A DNA stretch of 64,000 bases, taken from positions 55,147-119,146 of the forward strand of contig JAXMHQ010000011.1 in the NCBI GenBank assembly GCA_046346665.1. Reading direction: 5' to 3'. The notes beneath the pieces are model-generated. The model ran no database searches and had not been told where the DNA came from. It saw only the letters and a program-made list of their open reading frames with translations. This stretch comes from Verrucomicrobiota bacterium (lineage in GTDB: Bacteria > Verrucomicrobiota > Verrucomicrobiia > Limisphaerales > JAXMHQ01). Positions 19,101-28,700 of the stretch are shown here, in pieces (position 1 is the first letter of the stretch; every line of letters starts with the position of its first letter). The translations under genes and the position numbers were made by a program.

Positions 19101-19195
19101 TGGCAGCGGGTCCGCCGGAAGTGATCATGGCGTGTGAAGCGAGCCACACCGGGCGCGCGCTGGGCCGGTCCCGGAGCCGGAAAGGACGCGCATGA
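16163..19195 (+). CDS. uvrA: UvrA-family ABC ATPase, divergent paralog 1 (retains an insertion-domain-sized segment)
   Basis: [34 protein letters not shown]. Zn modules CRSCG, CADCD...[17 protein letters not shown] and CERCRGAG...CPECNGRRY. Two LSGGE signatures and two Walker B motifs ([20 protein letters not shown]). Confidence 0.9.
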   Translation: [1010 protein letters not shown]

Positions 19196-21927
19196 TTTCG
19201 ATCCACGGCGCCCGCGAGCACAATCTGAAGGACATTTCGTTGGAGATCCCGACCGGCCGGTTTGTTGTGATCACAGGCGTGAGCGGTTCGGGCAAAAGCA
19301 CACTCGCGTTCGACCTGCTGTTCGCCGAGGGTCAGCGCCGGTTCCTGGATTCCATGAACCTTTATGCCCGGCAATTCGTGGAGCAACTGGCGCGGCCCGA
19401 TGTCGACCGCATCGCCGGGCTGCCGCCGACGGTCAGCATCGAGCAGCGCAATTCCCGCGGCGGCGGGAAAAGCACCGTCGCTACCGTGACCGAGGTGCAT
19501 CATTTTGTCCGGCTGCTGTTCGCCCGGTTGGGCGTCCAGCATTGCCCGGATTGCGGTGTGGCGGTCGAGGCGCAAACGCGCGACGCCCTGGCCCGGCGGC
19601 TGGAACAGGAAACCCGGAAGCGCGGCGACCTGCTGTTGTTGGCACCGGTTGTCCGCAACCGGAAAGGGTTTCATTCCGACATCGCGGCCTGGGCGGCGAA
19701 AGAGGGCTATGCCGAACTCCGCGCGGACGGACGGATGTATTCCACGGCGGAAAAATTCCGCCTGGACCGGTTCCGGGAACACAACATCGAAATCGTCACC
19801 GGCGTCCTGGAAAAGTCCCGCAAAAAACAACCGGGAGGGACGAGCTACCGCGAGTCCCTGGATAAAGCAGATCGGGGACTCGCAGGAGCTCGGCCCTCCG
19901 AATTGATTGACGCCACCCTGAAGCTGGGGCAGGGCACGTTGTTCGCGCTCGACAATCATGGCGTGCAGACAGTGTTTTCCACGGAGCGCTGCTGCCCGGA
20001 CTGCGGGAGGTCGTTCGAGCCGCTCGACCCGAAGCATTTCAGTTACAATTCGCCCCAGGGCTGGTGCCCGCGCTGCCGCGGGTTCGGCGAATTGTTTTAC
20101 ATGCCCGAAGATGTCGACCGCGGAGCGCGCGAGGATGCCATCGCAGAATCCTGGTACGGCTGGCATGAAGGCGAACGCGAATTGTGCCCCGACTGCGGCG
20201 GCGCGCGGCTGAATCCGGTCGCCCGAGCCGTCCGACTGCCCCACAATCTGAAATTTCAAATCTCAAATTTCAAATCATCCATCGACGCCGGGCTCACCCC
20301 GGTGGCCTTCGGGGCCTTGTCGGTTGCGGCCGCGGCGGAGTATTTTCAGTCGGTTCGATACCAGGGCCGCGAAGCCGAGATTGCGCGGGACATTCTTCCG
20401 GAGATCCGGGAGCGGCTGAAGTTTCTGTCCAGGGTGGGACTGGGTTACCTCGAACTCGGTCGCGGCGTGCCGACGCTTTCCGGCGGTGAAGCCCAGCGCA
20501 TCCGCCTGGCGGCGCAGCTCGGATCCAATCTCAGTGGCGTTTGTTACATTTTGGACGAACCCACCATCGGCCTGCACGCGCGCGACAACGACCTGCTGCT
20601 GGACACGCTGGAAACCCTGCGATCCAAGGGCAACTCGGTGTTGGTGGTGGAGCACGACGAGGAAACGATGCGGCGCGCGGACCATATCATCGATCTCGGC
20701 CCGGCGGCCGGCGTGCTGGGCGGCCGGGTGGTCGCGTCGGGAACGCTGGCCGAATTGATGCAGCACCCGGAATCCGTCACCGGCCAGTGCCTCCGCCAGC
20801 ACCGCAACTATCCGGCGCGCGGATCGCGCCGTCCTCTTTCGGATGCCGCCTGGCTGAGCCTGTCCGGCGCCGCCCGGCACACGTTGAAAAATCTCACCGC
20901 CCGGTTTCCGCTGGGCCGGCTCGTGTGCGTGACCGGGGTCAGCGGTTCGGGCAAGAGCACGCTGGTTCGCGAATGTCTTTTCCCGGCGCTCCAGGAAGCG
21001 CTTCGTAAACCCTCCCGATCACGCGCGGAAAAGGGCGCTGCTCCCGGCGCCGCGCGCCTCTCGGGCTTCGAATCCTTGAAAGCCGTTTACGAAGTCGATC
21101 AATCGCCCATCGGCCGCACCCCGCGGTCGATTCCGGCGACGTATGTCGGCTTTTTCGACGACATCCGCGCGTTGTTTGCGCAGGTGCCGGAGTCGCGGCT
21201 GCGGGGTTATTCGCCGGGACGATTTTCCTTCAACAGCCCGCAGGGGCGCTGCCCGGGATGCGACGGCGCGGGGCAGATCAAGCTGGAGATGAATTTCCTG
21301 CCGCCGGCGTTTGTGCCCTGCGAACAATGCGGCGGCACGCGGTTCAACGCGGAAACACTGGATATTGAATATCGCGGCCGCAACATCGCGCAGGTGCTGG
21401 AATTGTCGGTGACCGAGGCGTTGGAAGTGTTCGGCGGCATTCCCAAAATCCGCGCCGCGCTCCAGGCGCTGGTGGACACCGGCCTGGGTTATCTCAAGCT
21501 CGGCCAGCCGAGCCCGACGCTTAGCGGCGGCGAAGCCCAGCGCGTGAAACTCGTCACGCACCTGCTGACGGGACTCAAGGAAGTGCGGAGTGCCGAGAGG
21601 GGAGTGCGGAATGGCCAGGCGGGAAGTCCGTCCGCGAGCGTTTTCATCCTGGAAGAACCGACGATTGGATTGCACATGAGCGATGTGCGGCGGCTGGTGG
21701 AGGTGTTGCAGCGGCTCGTGGACGTCGGGCACACGGTTGTTGTCATTGAACATAATCTGGACCTGGTGGCGGAGGCGGACTGGGTGATCGATCTCGGGCC
21801 GGAAGGCGGGGCGGACGGGGGGCGGATTGTGGCCGAGGGCACGCCGGAGCAACTGGCGCGGGACGGAACGAAACGGGGCTCGCATACGGGACGGTATCTG
21901 GGCAAACTGCTGCCGCGCCCCGCGTGA
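19192..21927 (+). CDS. uvrA: UvrA-family ABC ATPase, paralog 2 (insertion domain reduced to ~25 aa)
   Basis: [51 protein letters not shown]. The start overlaps the upstream stop (ATGA, 19192-19195). [49 protein letters not shown] replaces the ~110-aa insertion domain that I recall from E. coli UvrA. Confidence 0.9.
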   Translation: [911 protein letters not shown]

Positions 21928-21945
21928 TGCCCCCGGCGATCCGCC

Positions 21946-22437
21946 GTGCGCGACATGAGCGAGTCGTACGAAGAGATGCTGGAAGGAGAGAGGCTGATCC
22001 GCCGTCCGCCCGGCGCGCGGCACGAATTGATTTGCCGCCGCCTGTACGCGTGCGTGCTGGCCAGCGTGGCCAATTTCACCAGCACCCGGCTGTTGCCCGT
22101 GCGGTCGGAAGTGATCCTCGCCGCCGGGACGCGATTGCGTCCCGACCTCGCGCTGGTGGCTGAGCCGACCGGCAAACTCTGGCTCGCCGCCGAAGTGGTC
22201 AGCTCCGACGATCACCGCGTCGACACCGTGGTCAAAAAGGAGATTTACGAATCCACGAGGCTGCCGCGGTTGTGGATGGTGGATCCCCGTTATGACAACG
22301 TGGAGATCTACCATGGCACCGCGCACGGCCTCGTGTTGAAAGGCATTCTCGCCGGGCGCGAAACCCTCACCGAAAAGCTCCTGCCCGAGTTCGAACTCGC
22401 GATTTCGGAATTGTTCAAACCACCGGATCCCGCCTGA
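21946..22437 (+). CDS. Uma2-family (DUF820) PD-(D/E)xK nuclease-like protein
   Basis: GTG 21946 or ATG 21955, 19-28 nt after uvrA paralog 2. Pattern RPDLALV ... AAEVVSS ... VKKEIYESTRLPRLWMVDP matches the Uma2 D...E-x-x-S...K core. Confidence 0.75.
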   Translation: MRDMSESYEEMLEGERLIRRPPGARHELICRRLYACVLASVANFTSTRLLPVRSEVILAAGTRLRPDLALVAEPTGKLWLAAEVVSSDDHRVDTVVKKEIYESTRLPRLWMVDPRYDNVEIYHGTAHGLVLKGILAGRETLTEKLLPEFELAISELFKPPDPA

Positions 22438-22521
22438 TATTGAACCGCGGGTAAGAGAGGACAACCCGCTGAATCGGGGTCATCCCCAGCCAAGCCATTC
22501 CTCAGCAGAAACGAGCGCCCG

Positions 22522-22584
22522 AAAATTCACAATTATAGGACTGACCCCTTCGTCAAAGGGGTCAGTCCTATAATTGTGAATTTT
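22522..22584. repeat. Perfect 29-bp-stem AT-rich palindrome (possible bidirectional terminator or palindromic element)
   Basis: AAAATTCACAATTATAGGACTGACCCCTT (22522-22550), loop CGTCA, exact reverse complement at 22556-22584. Confidence 0.95.
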
Positions 22585-22704
22585 GTTGAAGCACGGCTGG
22601 CGTTCGGTGCCGTCCCACCGGTTTGCTGGATTGTTTATTCTTGATATTACCGTCCTTTATGGTGTATCAACAGCAGGTCCCAAGCGATTTACCAAAGGAT
22701 TTGT

Positions 22705-25700
22705 ATGAAGCGTGCGGTTGCCTTTTTGGGGCTGGGTATTTTGTCCGGCCTGGTATCCGGGGGTATGGCGCAGACGTTTGTCGGGTCGAACGTGCCGGGG
22801 CAGGGAACCAACTATACGTTCACCATCGGCGCCGGCGCGACCAACCTGTCGCTGGTCATCTCCAACAATGCGACGGCCTATTCCTATTTGCTGTTGAGCA
22901 AGGGCGGCGTGCCGACGGACGCGGCGTATGACTACGGGTCGCGGCTGGCAGGGGTGACGAACCGGATCAACCTGGAGCTCCCGGAATTTTCAACGGGCAG
23001 TTACGGACTCCGGGTGTCGACGCCTGCGGGGTCGCTGGCGCAATCGTTCACGGTGGTGTTGACGACCAATCGATCGGATTTGCGGACGGCGGCGAACCCG
23101 GTGTCGAAGCCGCTGGTGTTTTCCACGACGGGCTCCTTGACGAACACGGGATCGGGCGCGTGGCATTATTTCCAGGTGGACGTGGGGTCGAACCTGGTGA
23201 CGGGGTGGCGGATTGTTTTGAGTTCCACCAACGCGACGACGCCGGGGCTGTATGTGCGGCGGGGTCAATTGCCGAACACCGGGGCGTATGACAAGGCAGT
23301 GGCGCCCGGGCTGCCCGTGGAGACCATTACCTTTCGGGATTACGAGGCGACCAATTCGACTTATTTCATTGGGGTCTACCAGCCTTCCGGCGCGGCGAGC
23401 GTGGCCGGCTACACGCTGAGCGCGGAGCTGGCATCGGTGACCACGCTGACGTGGGATCCGGGGACGGCGGATGCGGGGACGCAGGTGTTCACGAACAAGA
23501 GCGTGACGGGGGGCGACTATTATTTTGCGATCACGACGCAGACGACGGCGGACCAGGTATGGCGGACGGCGTTGACGGTCGTGAGCAACGAGGCGGACGT
23601 GTACCTGGCCCTGGGGACGCTGCCGACGACGGGATCCTACGGTTACGCGTCGACGCGGGTGGGATCGGATGGTTTTGTGTTATCGCAGACCCATCAATGG
23701 ACGCCGGGGCAGACCTGGTATTTGATGGTGCATGCGGCGCCGGGGGCGCAATGGAGGCTGGTGACGGGCGAGGCGTATGTGCAGCCGCTGCCGGCGCTTG
23801 CGGCGGATGCGAGCAGCGGGGCGACGGCGGCGATCGGGCCGGAGGGGATGCGATTTTTCAAAACCACCATCACGACGAACACGCTGGCCTGGCGGCTGGG
23901 ATTGAACGGGCTGGGTAATCAACTGTATGTGAAGCAGTCCGCCGCGCCGCATCCGTACAGCACCTCCACCTATGACCTCACGCAGCCGGGCCAGATGCTG
24001 GTGGTGCCGACGTATCTCAATGTGGGCAGCCAGTATTTCGTTGGGGTCTCGGGCAACCCGGGTCAGGCCTTCACGCTGGATTCGAGGCAGCAGGCGGTGA
24101 CCAACCTGAATTTCAACGCAACGACGAATTTCACCGTCACGGGTTATGGTTACACGACGTTCCTGGTGCAGGTGCCCGTGCAGCAGATCGCGTGGCAGGT
24201 GAACGTGACACCGATTTCGGGCAACGCCAGCGTGGCGGTGCGGCGCGACAATGTGCCGAACGAATTCGTCAACGACGCCTTTTCCGAGCCGCCGGCCGGC
24301 ACGGGGGCGAGCCTGACGCTGGTGCCGCCGACCCTGAGCAACGGGTCGTTTTATGTGACGGTATACGGGACCGGGCCTTACACGGTGAGCCTGTTCAATG
24401 GCCAGCCGGTGATCACGACGGTGGATTATGTGTTCAACATCACCAACGACGCGCCGTCGCGGGTGGGCTGGCGGTATTACACCGTCATCAACACGGCCGA
24501 GCAGCTCAGCACGTTGGGCTGGGGTCTGGATCTTTCGAACCAGGTGCCGGGCACCATGATTGCCATCCGGCGCAACGCGGTTCCCGGGCAGTGGAATTAC
24601 AGGAACAATCCCTACGATTACTACGGCTCTTCGACATCCGGCTACATGGACCTGTCCGGGACGCTGGGTTTTCTTCAGCAGCCGAATCACCAGGCGGACG
24701 TCTGGTATATCGGGGTCTACACCCCGGCGGCGGCGCTGGGCAACTTTGTGCTGACCGGGTCGCAACTGACCGGTCCGCCGGTCGGATTCGACGGGTCGGG
24801 CAGCGCGATGAGCGTCACGAACCAGCCGTCAGGCAAATTCCAGTATTTCACTTTCACGGTGCCTTCCGGCGCGCTGGGCTGGGACGTGCGCCTGACGAAT
24901 GTGACCGCCGGCCAGCCCGCGCTCGTGGTGTGCCGCGACCAGTTGCCCTACGACCTGGGGACCCACACGTCGCAGGGATACGCGTGGTATCCTTACACGA
25001 CCACGACCTGGCTGAGCGGCAACCAGTGGGGCGCGGCCTATGATTGGACGAGTTATTATTACAGTCCCACCAACGGGATTCGCTATGGGCAGATGCTCGA
25101 AATGGGAATGGGAAATCCGCTCCAGCCGGGGACGTATTATGTCGGGGTGTTCAACTACGGCAGTTCCGGTCCGATGAGCTATACGCTCTGGAGCCGCGGC
25201 ATCGGTTCCGGGATGAGCATTCCGGTGAACACCTTGACATTCTCCAACGGCGTGGTGAGCAGTCCCGGCCTGCCGGCCGGCGAGGCGGCGTATTATTCCA
25301 TCGTGGTGCCGACGAACCTGCCGAGCTGGCGGCTGGAGTTGAACACCAACAGCGGCGAGAGCCTGTTGATGCTGCAAAAGGATTATTTGCCGAGTGTTTC
25401 CGCCGGCGGGGGTGCGCCTTACAATGTGAGTGGCGGCCGGAAACTGCAAAAATCCGGGAACGAGCAGTATCTCCTCATGCCCGCCTACAACCAGAGCAAC
25501 ATTGTGGCGGGCACCTATTATCTCGCGGTGGCCGCCGAGGGTCAGAATCCCTACAACTCCACCATCGGCAGCAATTCCAGCTCGTTCACCCTGCACAGTT
25601 ACGGCGTGCAGGGGGTGACGAACCTGGGCGCGGTGGATCCCACCGGCGTCACGGAGATCCTGGTGACCAACAGCAGCGAAGCCGGCCAGCTCAGCACGTT

Positions 25701-28700
25701 CCAGTTCAACGTGCCCGCCGGCACCCTCGGGTTCACCGTGTCGCTCTCGAACCGGGTCGGAAACCCCATGATGATCCTGCGGACGGATTCGCAACTGACG
25801 GGCGGCTACGACGGTTACGGGGTGGATGGCGGCCAAGGTTACAGTTGGGTGAATCAAAACATGATCAACCAGATCGATCCGCCCGTGACGAATTACACGT
25901 TGATGATCCAGGCGATTGCCTCCGGCGGGGACGCGAGTTATGTGCTGCACATCCGGGCGATGGGGGCGCAGCCGGTGACATTTGACGGCGGCAAATACAG
26001 CGTCACCAACCAGTTGATTGGCACATGGCGGTTCTTCAACATCACGGTTCCGCCGGATTCATTCGGCTGGGATGTCCGGCTGACCAACGTGACCAGCGGC
26101 GCGCCGGTGCTCGCCATCTGCCGCGATCTGGCGCCTTACGATCTCGGCACGCATACGCCGCAGGGTTACGCGTGGTATCCCTACCAGTCGACAACCTGGC
26201 CGAGCGGCAACCAATGGGGCGCGGGTTACGACTGGACCCAGTATTATTATGACCCGGACGGCACCGTCCGGTATGGGCAGATGCTGCAGATGGGGATGGG
26301 CAACCCGTTGCAGCCGGGCAACTACATTGTCGGAGTGATCAACAGCGGCGGCGCGGCGCCGATGAGCTACACACTGTGGAGCCGCGGCATCGGGACGAAT
26401 CAAACCATCCCGGTCGGGTCGCTGACATTCTCGAACGGTGTGGTCAGCAATCCCGCGTTGCTGGCGGGCGAGGCGGCCTATTATTCGATCGTCGTGCCGA
26501 CGAACCTGCCGAGCTGGCGCCTGGAGCTGAACACAAACGGCGGCGAAGGCGTGTTGATGCTGCAGAAGGATTACCTGCCGAATGTGTCCGCCGCGGGGGG
26601 CGTTCCCTACAATGTGAACGGCGGCAGGCGCATCCAGAAATCCGGCAACGAACAATACCTGCTGATGCCGGCTTACAACCAGTCGAACATCGTGGCGGGG
26701 ACGTATTACCTGGCGGTGGCCGCCGAAGGCCGGAATCCCTACAGCTCCTACATCGGCAGCAATTCGACCACGTTCACCCTGCACAGCTACGGCGTGCTCG
26801 GCGTCACGAACGTGGGAACGGTGGACAACACCGGCCTGACGGACATTCTGGTAACCAACAGCGCCGAAGCCGGACAGTTGAACGCCTACGAGTTTGTCGT
26901 TCCACCGGGAACGCTCAGCCTGACGCTGTCGCTGTCGAACCGCGTCGGCAGCCCCATCATGATTCTGCGCACCGGGTCCCAGTTGACGGGGGGCTACGAT
27001 GGCTACGGCGTGGATGGCGGACAGAGTTACAGCTGGGTGAATCAGAACCTGATCAACATCGCCAACCCGGTCGCGACGAATTACACCATCATGATCCAGG
27101 CGATTGCATCCGGGGGCGACGCGAGTTGCGTGCTTTACCTGCATGCGCAGGGGCCCCAGCCGGTGGGATTTGACGGGGGCAGTTACCCGGTCGTGGGCCA
27201 GTCGCTGAACACCTGGCGTTACTTCAGCGTGACGGTCCCGGCGACCGCGTTCGGCTGGGATCTCCGGTTGACGAACATCACCAGCGGATCGCCGGGCCTG
27301 GCGGTTTGCCGCGACCTGACACCGTCCGACCTCGGCACGCACACTTCCCAGGGCTACGCCTGGTATCCCCAGCTGTCGACCAGTTGGCCCAGCGGGAACC
27401 AGTGGGGCGCCGGGTATGATTGGACCCAATATTATTACGACCCCAACGGGGCGGTCCGGTATCAGCAAACCTTGCAGATGGGAATGGGCAACCCCCTGCA
27501 GCCGGGCAACTACATTGTCGGCGTGATCAACAACGGCGGCAGCGCTGCGATGAGTTACACGTTGTTGAGCCGCGGCATCGGCACCAACCTGTCCATCCCG
27601 ATCCTGCCGCTTGTGTTCACGAACGGCGCGATCACCAATTCCGGGTTGCTCGGCCGCGACGCGGCGTATTACTCGATCGTGGTTCCAACAAATCTGCCCT
27701 CGTGGTCGCTTGAATTGAGCAACGGGGTGGGTGAATCCCTGCTCATGCTGCAGAAGGATTATCTCCCGAGCGTGGCGGCGGCCGGCGCGGCGCCTTACAC
27801 GGTCAACGGCGGAAAACGAATGCAAAAACCCGGCAATGAACAATACACGATGCTGCCCGTGTCCGGACAATCGAACATCGCCGCCGGCACCTATTACATC
27901 GCGATCGCCAGCGAGGGCATGAATCCCTACAACTCGTATCTCGGGACCAACTCGAGTTCATTCGTCCTTTACAGTTACGGCGTGAAAGGCGTGACCAACT
28001 TCGGACCGGTGGGAGGCGTCGACCTGCTGTCCACCAACACCCTGCGCGGCGGCCAGGACGCGTTCTATCGGTTCAACATACCGAACGGCGCTCAAGCGGT
28101 CGAGGTGCGCCTGGACAACGTGACGGGAGGGCCCTACCTGACCCTGGCCGCGGGGAGCAATCTGCCGACGCCGTATTACAATTACGGCTATGACGGCGGC
28201 GTGCCTTACAGTTGGTATTCGCCGACGCTCATCACGCTGCCCAACCCGGTGTTCACGAATTACAGCCTCACGCTGCAGGCATCGGCCAATGTCTCGAGCA
28301 CTTACCTGGACGCGCAGGCGACAGTGCATATCCGTCAAATGCCGGTGCCGCAACTCGCGTTCGACGGGAGCTTGAATGGCGGGGGAGTGTCGAACAGCGC
28401 CAGCGACACGGTGATCAACGGGCAAAGCGCGTTTTACCAGGTCACCGTCCCCGCAACGCTGAACGGCCAGCCGGTGATCGGCTGGAAGCTCGACCTCATC
28501 GCCAGTGTCGGGTCGCCCAGCCTTAGGGTCCGTCCCGGCGCGCTGCCGGACGATTATAACTCCTACTACGACGGCACCACGCCCTGGGTGAAGCCGGAGG
28601 CAATCATTGTGCCGCCATTCCTGACCCCGGGAACCTGGTACATTGAGGTGCGTGGATCGGGCATCAGCACCTACACCCTGACCAGCAGCGCGCTGCAACT

